Of a stretch of DNA of 49,447 bases, positions 9,430 through 19,613 are shown in pieces. Location of the stretch: NCBI GenBank assembly GCA_031268985.1, contig JAIRWN010000014.1, positions 1-49,447 on the forward strand. The letters run 5' to 3'. The notes under the pieces were generated by a model. That model was not told where the DNA came from. It searched no databases and saw only the letters and a program-made list of their open reading frames with translations. Positions within the stretch are counted from its first letter, which is position 1. Every line of letters starts with the position of its first letter. Both the position numbers and the translations under genes were made by a program. The stretch comes from Holosporales bacterium (lineage in GTDB: Bacteria; Pseudomonadota; Alphaproteobacteria; UBA3830; JAIRWN01).

Positions 9430-9603
9430 GCATATTGGCCAAGCTCGCGACCATTATTAATGGGCGCGTTGTTTTTATGCAACATTAAGACGTTAAATTT
9501 AATTGGGTTTTATTGAATCAAAACAATTTCTAAGCTCCAACAATTCGCGATTCAAAGGGAATTCTGATAAGCTCCGCTTACGTTTTTAATTCTTTGTCTT
9601 TGA

Positions 9604-9984
9604 ATGCCCTTGTTGCACACAGTTAAGTCCCACAGAATTTTTTCCCAAGCTCGATACAGCGGAATATTTTATTCAACCAAATTTTTCGTCTTACAAGCGC
9701 TTAAATTTGATAATCCTAAACTTGACGATCGGTCTGTATCTTATATTGGATTGACGGTATCCAAGAAAATAGGCAATGCAGTAAAACGCAATCGTGTTAA
9801 AAGACGTCTGCGTGTGGCCAGCAAGCAAATTCTGGCTTCAAACGGCGTCGAAATGGTTGCTTATATATTTATTGCAAAATCTGCTATTGTTTGCGCTCCT
9901 TGGAGCGATTTAATTGAACAAACTATCGACGCGGTCAGCTTTGTAAACAGAAAAATTATGAGACCTGCCCCCACAGCATCATAG
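9604..9984 (+). CDS. rnpA: Ribonuclease P protein component
   Basis: IGLTVSKKIGNAVKRNRVKRRLR (RNR motif), 126 aa. Confidence 0.95.
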   Translation: MPLLHTVKSHRIFSQARYSGIFYSTKFFVLQALKFDNPKLDDRSVSYIGLTVSKKIGNAVKRNRVKRRLRVASKQILASNGVEMVAYIFIAKSAIVCAPWSDLIEQTIDAVSFVNRKIMRPAPTAS

Positions 9985-10211
9985 CGCAGATGTACACAGA
10001 ATTTTTCAGTATTGCTTTTCATTTATGAAAAGCGTCGCGAAAATCCCGAAATATTTGGCTTTCTGTAATTATATTGGAAAAATTTTTTCTAATATCGTTC
10101 GGTTAACACCGTCGAGGTTTTTGAAAATTGGCCTTTAATTAACGACGCATTTAGTTGTATTTTACTGCCCATGCATAGTTCCCTTTCAAGGATTAATGTC
10201 TGGCAGCTTTG

Positions 10212-11498
10212 ATGAATACCGCTAAAGTAAGATGGAAAAGCATATTTTTAAGTTCGTTGGGCAATATACTTGAATGGTTTGACTATGCCATTTTCGGGGC
10301 ATTTTCAGCCATCATGGCCAAAAACTTCTTTTCAAATGAGGTTGACGGGTATTTCGCCCAACTTTGCGTTTATGCGGTGTTTGCGGTTGGATTTATTGGG
10401 CGTCCAATCGGAGGCGTCATTTTTGGACATATTGGGGACTTGTATGGACGAAAAAAGGTTTTGTTCTCTTCAATATTGCTCATGGCGGTGTCTACCGCGA
10501 TTATCGGAATGCTGCCTACATATAGGGAAATCGGCGCATTCGCGCCTACAATGCTTGTTCTGATGAGGTTATGCCAAGGGATGGCAATTGGCGGGGAATA
10601 TACAGGAGGAATGGTCTATCTTGTCGAGCAAGCGACAACCGACCGCCGAGGGCTAACCGGAAGTTTTTCCGAGCTGGGGTGCCTGCTTGGAACTTTGGTT
10701 GGCGGCCAGCTTACACTGATTACTCTGAGTTGGGTTATGGACCAGCAGTCCTTAGAATCTTGGGGTTGGCGAATTCCATTTCTGACAGGTGTGCTCATAG
10801 CGCCATACGCTTTTTATGTCAGAAGAAACATAAAGGAATCGCCGGAAGCGTTTCCTAAAAAGCGTACGGATATTATTCCGATTGCCGAAGCGTTTAAATT
10901 TTACTGGCCACAGCTGCTCGCGGCTTTTTTCTCTACTGCGTTCTCCGGCGTATCTCTTTATACTATTCTGGTTTTTCTTCCCAATCACATATTTACGCAA
11001 AAAGAGATTGTTGGAGCTGATATGGCATTTGTGTGCAGCGCGATTACAAATATGTTCATGATTCTATCGGTGGCAGTTTTTGGTCACGTCAGCGATAAAA
11101 TCGGACGTAAACCAATTATGATTAGCGGTATTATTGGCGTAATGGCCACATGTTATCCAATGATCGCCTTATCAAAAAGCGGAGTTGGTTTTTGGTATTT
11201 AATGTTTCAGATAATGTTTGGTCTTTCTTTATCAGCGTTTTACGGGCCGAGATCTGCATTCATGTCAGAGGCTTTTCCTCGTCAAATCAGAGTAACCGCC
11301 GTGTCATTGGTCGTTGGATTGTGCCAAGCCACTTTTGGTGGACTTACGCCCTTTATTGCAACGTACATACTGTCCAAAACCGGCAACGTCTCCTATGTTG
11401 CGCTTTTATTATTGGCGGTCTGCTTCTTGGCAATCGTAGGCACTTGTAAGCTCAGCTCATCCAAGATGAAAGCGACTGCCTCAAAGACCGCAAACTAA
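10212..11498 (+). CDS. MFS transporter, MHS family (ProP-like)
   Basis: GNILEWFDY, RPIGGVIFGHIGDLYGRK, RLCQGMAIGGEY, WGWRIPF, SDKIGRKP. About 12 TM segments. Confidence 0.92.
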   Translation: MNTAKVRWKSIFLSSLGNILEWFDYAIFGAFSAIMAKNFFSNEVDGYFAQLCVYAVFAVGFIGRPIGGVIFGHIGDLYGRKKVLFSSILLMAVSTAIIGMLPTYREIGAFAPTMLVLMRLCQGMAIGGEYTGGMVYLVEQATTDRRGLTGSFSELGCLLGTLVGGQLTLITLSWVMDQQSLESWGWRIPFLTGVLIAPYAFYVRRNIKESPEAFPKKRTDIIPIAEAFKFYWPQLLAAFFSTAFSGVSLYTILVFLPNHIFTQKEIVGADMAFVCSAITNMFMILSVAVFGHVSDKIGRKPIMISGIIGVMATCYPMIALSKSGVGFWYLMFQIMFGLSLSAFYGPRSAFMSEAFPRQIRVTAVSLVVGLCQATFGGLTPFIATYILSKTGNVSYVALLLLAVCFLAIVGTCKLSSSKMKATASKTAN

Positions 11499-11534
11499 AA
11501 CCAGAAGTTTTGTCAAAGACTGCGAAAGATTAGC

Positions 11535-13397
11535 CTATTCAACCGTAACAGATTTTGCCAGATTTCTGGGTTGATCGATGTCGACTCCGCGGTTAAGCGC
11601 GGTTAGGTAAGCCAGAAATTGTACAGGGATACTGTAAAGCATTGGCGCAGTGAACTGAGTTGTTTCCGGATACAAATATGTGGAGTACTTAAGTCCCATT
11701 TCTTTAAACAACGCTCGTCCTTTATTGCAAGTAAGTACGGATATCTGCGCCCCTCTGGTTTCCGCTTCGCAGATATTTGAAACCACTTTATGAAACAAAC
11801 CGTCTTTATCATAAGGACAAAGGACAATTATCGGCATACCTTTGTCTATAAGGGCAATAGGGCCATGCTTCATCTCTCCGGCAGCATAGCCTTCCGCGTG
11901 AATATAGGAGAGCTCTTTCATCTTTAAAGCGCCTTCCATAGCTATGGGGTAAAGCGCTCCTCGGCCAAAATAAATAATGTCTTTCGCCTTTGATAATTTT
12001 TTCGCAAGAGGAGCCAGCTTTTGCATTGTGTCCAAGGCTCTTGATATGAGTTCATTTATATCTAAAATCTCTTTTGCAAAATCTGCAGATAAATCAATGC
12101 AATTGCGCGTTTTAAGAGCCTCTATCAGCATATATGCCAAAACTGTCATTTGAGCAGTAAAAGCTTTGGTTGAAGCTACGCTTACCTCTGTTCCGGCAAA
12201 GGTTGGAAGCACCGCGTCAGCCTCTCTTGCCAAGGTGCTTGTCGGAACGTTTACAATAGCGGCGCACATGTGTCCAAGGCTTCTCATATATCTAAGCGCG
12301 GCCAACGTATCCGCAGTTTCGCCTGATTGGGATATAAAAATGCCTATGGACTTTTCGTAAATTGGAGGCGTTCTGTATCGGTATTCAGAGGCTACATCTA
12401 CTTCGACCGGTATCCTTGCATATTTTTCAAACCAGTATTTGGCAACCAGTCCTGCATAATAAGAAGTTCCGCAGGCCACAATGGTGATATGATTTATTTG
12501 GTTCCAGTTTAGCCCGCTGGGGTGAATATTTGTTTCAAGCACATTGTCTGTTTTATTGACCGCCCGTCCAATGTAATGTGTGAGCGTATTTTTAATTGTT
12601 GACGGTTGTTCGAATATCTCCTTCAACATAAAGTGCTCGTATCCCTTTTTATCGGGAGCGGCCTGATCTTTATCGATTGGCTGCCATTGTCTTTTTACTT
12701 CGTTATTTTCTTTATCAAAAATGTTTAAATTCCCATTCGAGTAAAGCTGTGCGATATCGCCGCTCTCAAGGTAGATGATTTGACTGGCGAAGCCGGACAA
12801 AGCAACTGCGTCGGATCCAAGAGAAAGCCTGCCGTCAACATCTGTTCCCACTGCAAGGGGGCTTCCTTGACGAGCGCATATAACCATTTCCGGATGTTTG
12901 TTAAAAACTACGCCAAAAGCATAGGCGCCTTGAATTAAAGAGATGGTTTGTTGCACAGCCTCAAGCGGAGATGCTCCTTTTGAAAAAAGGAAACTTATCA
13001 TTTGCGCAACAACTTCTGTGTCGGTATCGCTGTATAGAGATATGCCATAGGACGCTAACCTCTTTCTTAAATCAGCGTAGTTTTCAATAATTCCGTTGTG
13101 GACAAGCGCGATAAATTCGGTAGCGTGCGGATGGGCATTATCCTTGGTCGGTTTGCCATGAGTCGCCCATCTGGTATGCCCTATCCCTGTCTCAGATGAG
13201 CCGCTATACCCCGATTGAACTTCATGTTCTAAATCTGCGATCTTTCCGGCGGTTTTTATAACGCAAAGCTTACCAGAACCCTTTTCGACCAAAGCTATAC
13301 CGGCCGAATCATATCCTCTGTATTCAAGCCTTTTTAATCCGTTGATTATTTTGTTTGCAGCGTTTTTATGGCCAACGAAGCCTACTATTCCGCACAT
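11535..13397 (-). CDS. glmS: Glutamine-fructose-6-phosphate transaminase
   Basis: MCGIVG, LEYRGYDSAG, GHTRWATHG, SQSGETADT, C-terminal PRNLAKSVTVE. Confidence 0.98.
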   Translation of the reverse strand: MCGIVGFVGHKNAANKIINGLKRLEYRGYDSAGIALVEKGSGKLCVIKTAGKIADLEHEVQSGYSGSSETGIGHTRWATHGKPTKDNAHPHATEFIALVHNGIIENYADLRKRLASYGISLYSDTDTEVVAQMISFLFSKGASPLEAVQQTISLIQGAYAFGVVFNKHPEMVICARQGSPLAVGTDVDGRLSLGSDAVALSGFASQIIYLESGDIAQLYSNGNLNIFDKENNEVKRQWQPIDKDQAAPDKKGYEHFMLKEIFEQPSTIKNTLTHYIGRAVNKTDNVLETNIHPSGLNWNQINHITIVACGTSYYAGLVAKYWFEKYARIPVEVDVASEYRYRTPPIYEKSIGIFISQSGETADTLAALRYMRSLGHMCAAIVNVPTSTLAREADAVLPTFAGTEVSVASTKAFTAQMTVLAYMLIEALKTRNCIDLSADFAKEILDINELISRALDTMQKLAPLAKKLSKAKDIIYFGRGALYPIAMEGALKMKELSYIHAEGYAAGEMKHGPIALIDKGMPIIVLCPYDKDGLFHKVVSNICEAETRGAQISVLTCNKGRALFKEMGLKYSTYLYPETTQFTAPMLYSIPVQFLAYLTALNRGVDIDQPRNLAKSVTVE

Positions 13398-13618
13398 GGC
13401 ATGTATTTACTCAGGCAACTTTCCCGGCTGAAGCGATGGTTATATACCCAAAAACCCATCTTAACTGTCTAAAGTCATTCATATTTAAAAAAGCTGCTCA
13501 TTCTAAGAATTATTTTTGCAATGCAACATGTTTTACGAGTCGAAGTTAGTATTTTATCTACGCTTAAAACAGATCAGGCTCCAAAAGATGTCATGAATTA
13601 TTGCCTCTGCTAACGCTC

Positions 13619-14974
13619 TCACGTTGCCCGTTTTTTCCGGAGCTTTTCCGCTTTTCCTTTAAGGATTATTTGCGGAGCGCGCCCCAAAGCCAATGCGTCG
13701 TCCGGAACATCCTCCGTCACCACACTTCCAGCGCCTAGTATTGCTCTTGCCCCAATATTTATTGGCGCTATGAGCGATGAATTGGCGCCTACGGAGGCTT
13801 TATTCCCAATATTTGTTTTGGATTTTTTAAATCCGTCATAATTACAAGTTATTGTCCCGGCACCAATATTTACGTCGGATCCTGTCGACGTGTCGCCTAT
13901 ATAACTTAGATGGCTGATTTTGGTTCCGGAACCTATATTAGATTTCTTGACCTCGACGAAATTTCCTATGCACGAATTCTCTTGTATCAAAGTTCCGGGC
14001 CTTATTCTTGCGAAAGGCCCTATTATAGCGCTTGACTTAATTTCAGCGCCCTCAATAGCGCAGAACGACCTGATCTCACTTCCGGACCTGATAGTTACTG
14101 CCCGACCAAACGTAACGAAAGGGTGTATCTTAACGCCAGGCTCGATTATTGTATCGTGAGAAAAATAAACGGTTTCCGGAGAAACCAGCTCTACACCATT
14201 TTCTATCACAGAGGCGCGCATTTTTTCCTGAAAAGATTTTTCAACGACCGCTAAATCTGTTCGATTATTAATTCCCTTAAGCTCCTGTGATTTGCCAACC
14301 ACATAACGACAAATCCATCCATCTTCACGGGCAAGGCTGATAATGTTCGTAATGTATATCTCTTTTGTGGTTGAGCTTGGCAGTAACTTGTTTAGCAGTT
14401 TCTCTGCTGCTTTACGCCGTATAAGCATTCCGACATTGCACAACGATAAAAAGGAATGACCGCGCCTAAGTTTATAAGAGGCGGTATCCTTCTCTTCGAC
14501 AATAGAAAATATATCACCGTCCTGATCGGATACTAGTCTTGCATAACCTGCCTCGTTTTCTGGGTTTATTGCTAAGATTACAACCCCCGTTCTGTTATCC
14601 GCCGCTTGCAGCATCGACTCTATCGTTTTCGGCTGAATTAATGGCGTGTCGCCGTATAGGATTATAATCCACTCGCTTTTCTCAGAACATTGCTTAAACC
14701 CACAAAGCGCTGCATCACCGGTACCCAAAGGCTTCGACTGAATAGCCGTCCTTATTTTAGCGGATTGATTAAATGAAGCAGGTATTTCATTGTATATGTC
14801 AGACAGCGTCGGAGAAACAACTAAAACTATGTCTTTTATTCCGGAATCTATGCAAGACTTTACCACGTGACAGAACAGCATTAGCCCGCCAACGTTATGG
14901 CAGACTTTAGGCGCTTCAGATTTAAATCTCGTCCCCTTACCCGCGGCTAGAATTATGCTTGATATGTTTTCCAT
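13619..14974 (-). CDS. glmU: Bifunctional UDP-GlcNAc pyrophosphorylase/acetyltransferase
   Basis: ILAAGKGTRFKS, LGTGDA, YGDTPL, GNFVEVKK, HLSYIGD, NIGAGTITCNYDG hexapeptide region. Confidence 0.97.
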   Translation of the reverse strand: MENISSIILAAGKGTRFKSEAPKVCHNVGGLMLFCHVVKSCIDSGIKDIVLVVSPTLSDIYNEIPASFNQSAKIRTAIQSKPLGTGDAALCGFKQCSEKSEWIIILYGDTPLIQPKTIESMLQAADNRTGVVILAINPENEAGYARLVSDQDGDIFSIVEEKDTASYKLRRGHSFLSLCNVGMLIRRKAAEKLLNKLLPSSTTKEIYITNIISLAREDGWICRYVVGKSQELKGINNRTDLAVVEKSFQEKMRASVIENGVELVSPETVYFSHDTIIEPGVKIHPFVTFGRAVTIRSGSEIRSFCAIEGAEIKSSAIIGPFARIRPGTLIQENSCIGNFVEVKKSNIGSGTKISHLSYIGDTSTGSDVNIGAGTITCNYDGFKKSKTNIGNKASVGANSSLIAPINIGARAILGAGSVVTEDVPDDALALGRAPQIILKGKAEKLRKKRAT

Positions 14975-15025
14975 TTGCAGATACTAAAATACGATGTGAA
15001 TTTAACATTTTTTTGCGTTTTTAAC

Positions 15026-16561
15026 ATGGGGATCAAATTAAACTTTTTTGATTGCTTAGTTCAAAGAAGATACAGATACTGCGCATTCATAGTGCTCCTC
15101 TCAGTCTTACTGAAAGTGCTGGTTCTTGCAATCGGCAAAGGCATTTATGATTACTATGACGTCTTGGGATACATAACCAACGGGGCTTGCTTCTTAAGAG
15201 ATGGGGCGTCTTGGCCGTCTGCGATAGGATATGTAGAGCTTGAGAAAGGAATAACTTCCAGCGATTATATAGGGGGCCTGTACCCTAACCATTTATTCTC
15301 CATCATAATTGGCCTGTTTTTTAAGCTGACGGGGAAAGTAAGCGTTTTACACTTGACCTACCTTTCGTCCTTTATAGCCGCTGTAGGAAACATTTTTCTG
15401 GGATTTGCAATTAAAAGATTTTTCCCGAGTCGCCATGCTGTTCTGGTTTTAGTTTTAATTCTGATTAATTCTCAGATATGGCACACTACCAGCAGGCCAA
15501 TAACAGACCCTTGGGCGTGGACTATAATCATGGTTATATTCTGGGGTATGGTCACAAACCGCTTTAATGGTTTCGGCGTTGGAGTTTTGATTGGAGTTGC
15601 GGGATTGTTTAGAGGTCAGATGCTTCAATTTGTGCCGATCCTGCCTTTGCTGAAGCAAAACAGAATTGGCGCAGGCGGATTCTTTAAAGAGTTTCTAAAA
15701 ATTCTGATTGGGACTTTGATTACAGTCTTTGTGTTCCAGATTTGTTTTAGCGCCTTCATAAAAACTCAAGATAACTCCGTACAATATTACGTCAACGATA
15801 TCATGAGGTCTTTTAAAAAGACCGAATTTATAAGCATGATTACCTGGTTCCTGCATTGGTCGTCTAAGTTTTTATACAGCCATTTTCCCTGTGCATTTTT
15901 GTTTACGATTATGTTTTTATTCTGCCAAACGAGGTGTGAACGGGATACTGTAATGAAAAAAATGGCAGTTTTTGCGATTATTGCAGTTCTTCCGCCGTTA
16001 ATTTGCTATTCGATAATTGCTGGAGTAGGTTGCGACGCTAGGTATTACATCTATGCCATTCCGATGTTTTACATCGTTGCGTATGAGTTCTGCACGAAGC
16101 CGACGAACAAAAAAACAAGAAACATATTAGTAAGTATTTTTGCCGGATATTCAATAGTTTCGGGCGCGCTGTTTATGCGTAAGGGGGCGCTCGACTTAAG
16201 TAGCTTTACTAAAGAAGCGATTTACAGGGAAAAACTGGACGTAACGGACTTATCAGAAACTGATAAATTCATCAGGAATAATTTTAGCAATAATTCAGTG
16301 TTAATGATCAATAACTGGTTCATTTCTGCTTATCATTCCGGCAGGAATCTTGTATGGATCCCTAGCGTCGAAGTATTCAAGCGAGGCATCAACAATTGCA
16401 TGGTTGACGGTATCGTCTTGATTATACAAGAAGAATGCAGAGAAAAAATCAAAAATTGGCTGGATCTTGACAGTATAACCGACGATAAGGGTAATACTTT
16501 TGTATGCGTGCTACGTGAAAATAAGCGTTGGATGATTTCTGCAGTATTTGTGAAAAAATGA
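15026..16561 (+). CDS. Polytopic membrane protein, probable GT-C fold glycosyltransferase
   Basis: About 10-12 hydrophobic segments, acidic first loop (YDYYDVLGY), RPITDP and DARY motifs, soluble C-terminal tail. Stop overlaps the start of the GT2-GtrA gene (ATGA). Confidence 0.6.
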   Translation: MGIKLNFFDCLVQRRYRYCAFIVLLSVLLKVLVLAIGKGIYDYYDVLGYITNGACFLRDGASWPSAIGYVELEKGITSSDYIGGLYPNHLFSIIIGLFFKLTGKVSVLHLTYLSSFIAAVGNIFLGFAIKRFFPSRHAVLVLVLILINSQIWHTTSRPITDPWAWTIIMVIFWGMVTNRFNGFGVGVLIGVAGLFRGQMLQFVPILPLLKQNRIGAGGFFKEFLKILIGTLITVFVFQICFSAFIKTQDNSVQYYVNDIMRSFKKTEFISMITWFLHWSSKFLYSHFPCAFLFTIMFLFCQTRCERDTVMKKMAVFAIIAVLPPLICYSIIAGVGCDARYYIYAIPMFYIVAYEFCTKPTNKKTRNILVSIFAGYSIVSGALFMRKGALDLSSFTKEAIYREKLDVTDLSETDKFIRNNFSNNSVLMINNWFISAYHSGRNLVWIPSVEVFKRGINNCMVDGIVLIIQEECREKIKNWLDLDSITDDKGNTFVCVLRENKRWMISAVFVKK

Positions 16562-17595
16562 AAGAAGATAAGCCTGTTGTATTAATCCCCGCATATAATC
16601 CTGATGAAGAATTGGTCAAGCTGGTTAACGACATTGTTCGCTCTGATTTATTTGTCATTGTTGTAAATGACGGCAGTATTGCAAAAAGCAATACTGCGCT
16701 TGAATCTCTTAGAAAAATCAAAAACTGTTCGGTTTTGGAACACGGTGTTAACCTTGGAAAGGGCAGAGCGATAAAAACTGGCATAAACCATGTGATGATA
16801 AATTTTTCGGACAGCGCAGGGATTGTCACGGCTGACGCTGATGGTCAGCATACTGTGAAGGATATAATGAAAGTTGTCAATAAATTGCAAAGCAAAAAAG
16901 CGATGATTCTCGGCTGTAGGCAATTTAAAGGAAGCATACCATTAAGAAGCAGGATCGGGAACATCATTACCAAATATGTATTCAAATTCATAATCGGCAA
17001 GAACATTTCTGATACTCAGACCGGTCTGCGGGGAATACCTTCGAGATATTTTCGAAAATTCATGACCTTGAAAGGTGAAAAATATGAATATGAAATTAAC
17101 GTTCTTGCCTATGTTGGAAAAGAAAACGGCCAGATAATTGAAGAGCCGATTGACACAATTTATATCGAAGGGAACAAAACCTCGCACTTTGATCCATTGC
17201 TGGATTCTATGCGTATATATTTTGTTTTGTTTAGGTTTTTGGTTTCTTCTTTGACTTCATCTGTCGTCGACTATGTTTTGTTTGCCATATTTTTCCTTTT
17301 GTCTGAGAGCTTAGTGTACAGCGCCGTTGTCGCCAGAGGAATATCAATGTCGGTAAATTATAATATAAATAAAAGCTGGGTTTTTTCGGCAATTAAGTCA
17401 AACAAGAAATCTTTTGCCAAATTCTTTGCTCTGGCATGCATGTCGCTTACCGGTTCATGCTTGCTGGTGTCTTATCTGACTAATCTTTGGAAAATCAACA
17501 CGTTTGTTGTAAAGATGGCGGTCGAATCTGCCCTGTTCTTATTAAATTTTTCCATACAGAGGCGGTTTGTTTTTCGTAATGACTACGAGGCATGA
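16558..17595 (+). CDS. Bifunctional GT2 (polyprenol-phosphate glycosyltransferase)-GtrA flippase fusion
   Basis: LIPAYNP, VVNDGS, NLGKGRA, TADADGQH, DTQTGLR, followed by a four-TM GtrA-like tail (SSVVDY...VNYNINKSWVF...NFSIQRRFVF). Confidence 0.88.
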   Translation: MKEDKPVVLIPAYNPDEELVKLVNDIVRSDLFVIVVNDGSIAKSNTALESLRKIKNCSVLEHGVNLGKGRAIKTGINHVMINFSDSAGIVTADADGQHTVKDIMKVVNKLQSKKAMILGCRQFKGSIPLRSRIGNIITKYVFKFIIGKNISDTQTGLRGIPSRYFRKFMTLKGEKYEYEINVLAYVGKENGQIIEEPIDTIYIEGNKTSHFDPLLDSMRIYFVLFRFLVSSLTSSVVDYVLFAIFFLLSESLVYSAVVARGISMSVNYNINKSWVFSAIKSNKKSFAKFFALACMSLTGSCLLVSYLTNLWKINTFVVKMAVESALFLLNFSIQRRFVFRNDYEA

Positions 17596-17664
17596 TCGGA
17601 GCAATGCTGTTTCATTGGTATTAATGACATGAGGAATGCTCCGCGACGTTTACAATGTAAGCGC

Positions 17665-17690
17665 CGCCATAAGCGATCGATGGCGTTTTT
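17665..17690 (+). terminator. Putative intrinsic terminator
   Basis: CGCCAT-aagcgatcg-ATGGCG-TTTTT downstream of the GT2-GtrA gene. Confidence 0.5.
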
Positions 17691-17845
17691 ATCTTTGCTG
17701 AATTTTTATGCGCCTTGAATATAGTTATTAGTAATTAAAGGTCAGCGTTTTGACGTTCCAAAACATCAAGCGTAATAGTGTAAACATTATGTACGAGCAT
17801 GATAGTATTATTGAATAGAGATTCTGACAGAGTGTAAAGAAAGTT

Positions 17846-18778
17846 ATGGGCGACTCTTCGAGCAATATTTGCGTTATTAAAGGCGGAACTTCCAGTGAAA
17901 GGGAAGTATCCCTCATTTCCGGCGCGTGCTATGCAAGCGCGCTCAGACGTTTGGGATATAAAGTAACGGAGATTGATCTGACTAAGGACGTATACTCCTT
18001 TATAGAACAGTTAAGGGCCTGCGCTCCCCAAGTTGTGGTTAATGCCCTTCATGGCACGAAGGGGGAAGATGGTTGCATGCAGGGTTTGATGAGCGTCTTG
18101 GGAATTGCGTATACGCACTCGGGAGTCCTGCCATCGTCAGTTGCAATGAACAAGCATGTAACTAAAAATATTTTGGAGTCTGCCGGTCTAGCTTGCGCTG
18201 ATGGGTTTATAATTGAGCCGAACGCGTTGTTAAAGCAAGATCCATTCATCCGGCCTTTTGTTGTCAAGCCAAATGAAGAAGGGTCTTCAATAGGGGTTAG
18301 CATAATACGCAAAGATACTGACGTAGAGGCTATCGTGAAAAGCTGGGCGTTTGGCGACATGCTAGTTGAGCGCTACATTCCGGGCAGAGAGTTAACGGTC
18401 GGTTTGATGGGAGATAAACCTTTGGCGGTGACCGAGATTGTCCCCGTCGGAACAGAATTTTATAACTATAAAGCGAAATATACTACTGATAACATGGCAA
18501 AACATTTGTTGCCTGCGCCTATACATGCTTCAGCTTATGATAATGCTATGGATATGGCGTCTCGAGCGGTTAAAGCCGTAGGTTGCAGAGGAATATCCAG
18601 GGTGGATTTCCGTTATAACGACACGAAGGGAGAGCCGGGAGATCTTTACATTTTGGAGGTCAATACTCAGCCCGGTGCTACGGAACTCTCGCTTGTGCCG
18701 GAACAGGCTAAGTATTTAGGAGTAAGTATAGACCGGCTGGTTGATTGGATGGTAAAACAGGCGTGTCCAAACAAGTAG
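17846..18778 (+). CDS. ddl: D-alanine-D-alanine ligase
   Basis: GGTSSEREVSLISG, NALHGTKGEDG, KPNEEGSSIG, FYNYKAKY, LEVNTQPG. Confidence 0.96.
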   Translation: MGDSSSNICVIKGGTSSEREVSLISGACYASALRRLGYKVTEIDLTKDVYSFIEQLRACAPQVVVNALHGTKGEDGCMQGLMSVLGIAYTHSGVLPSSVAMNKHVTKNILESAGLACADGFIIEPNALLKQDPFIRPFVVKPNEEGSSIGVSIIRKDTDVEAIVKSWAFGDMLVERYIPGRELTVGLMGDKPLAVTEIVPVGTEFYNYKAKYTTDNMAKHLLPAPIHASAYDNAMDMASRAVKAVGCRGISRVDFRYNDTKGEPGDLYILEVNTQPGATELSLVPEQAKYLGVSIDRLVDWMVKQACPNK

Positions 18779-19611
18779 GGACAGGTAAGCGCAGGAAGTA
18801 TAAATACCTGTCGTTTAGATATATTTTTGCAGAGATTTCCGCAATCGCACTGCTGTTTTGTGCATTCTATCCAAATTGGGAAAGTCAGTTTAATAAAATA
18901 TCCCTTGCTCTTGGGTTATGTTTTAAGAATCTCGAAATTAATATTATTACACCGCCCAGCAAAGATATTGGCACGGAACCAAATGCGGTTTGCGATACGG
19001 TAAATACGCATAAAAACTCAATAACTGCAGCTCTTGGCCTTAGGAAAGGAATTTCGATTTTTTCTGTCGATTTAGAAAAAAAAAGGCATTTGCTGAGGAA
19101 AAATCTTGCTTGGATCAAGGCAACGACAATAAAAAGGTGTTTGCCAGATACCATAAAAATTGATGTTGTTGAACGTGTACCATTGGCAAGATGGCAGCAT
19201 AACTATAAATGCTATTTGATAGATGAGGACGGCGTTATACTCAGCGACAAAGACGAGGATTGCTCCGTCAGACCGGATTTGCCTTTAGTTGTAGGAGAGG
19301 GCGCGTCAACGGAGGCTAAGATTCTGTTTGCTGCACTGAACTGCTGTCCTGATTTGTCTAAAAGGATTTCCTCGTACGTAAGAGTAGGGCGCCGAAGATG
19401 GGATATTTATATTGATAAAATAAAGGTAATGATGCCGGAAGAAAAATTACAAATAGCTTTGGCTAAGCTCGATGATCTTCATAGAAATTTATCTATTCTG
19501 GATCACGAGATTTCTGTAATAGATATGCGAATAGCTGGCCGATATGTTGTTAGGGGCAAACAAGCAAAGGCTTTGCTTGAGAAAACAAGAGCTTTCGGCA
19601 AAGAGATTTAG
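18745..19611 (+). CDS. ftsQ: Cell division protein FtsQ
   Basis: One N-terminal TM, POTRA (WIKATTIKRCLPDTIKIDVVERVP), LPLVVGEGA, RRWD, IDMR. Lies between ddl and ftsA. Confidence 0.9.
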   Translation: MDGKTGVSKQVGTGKRRKYKYLSFRYIFAEISAIALLFCAFYPNWESQFNKISLALGLCFKNLEINIITPPSKDIGTEPNAVCDTVNTHKNSITAALGLRKGISIFSVDLEKKRHLLRKNLAWIKATTIKRCLPDTIKIDVVERVPLARWQHNYKCYLIDEDGVILSDKDEDCSVRPDLPLVVGEGASTEAKILFAALNCCPDLSKRISSYVRVGRRRWDIYIDKIKVMMPEEKLQIALAKLDDLHRNLSILDHEISVIDMRIAGRYVVRGKQAKALLEKTRAFGKEI

Positions 19612-19613
19612 AT

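Noticed and set aside
9490-9603. Expected rpmH (L34) upstream of rnpA
   Set aside because: No MKRT(F/Y)QP-like Arg/Lys-rich ORF is visible.
13398-13618. glmS ribozyme in the glmU-glmS spacer
   Set aside because: The conserved core (AGCGCC...GACGAGG) is not present on the minus strand, and the ribozyme is mainly found in Gram-positive bacteria.
17598-17643. CGGAGCA...TGCTCCG long imperfect stem as a riboswitch or sRNA
   Set aside because: It lies 3' of a gene just before a terminator and shows no recognisable aptamer motifs.
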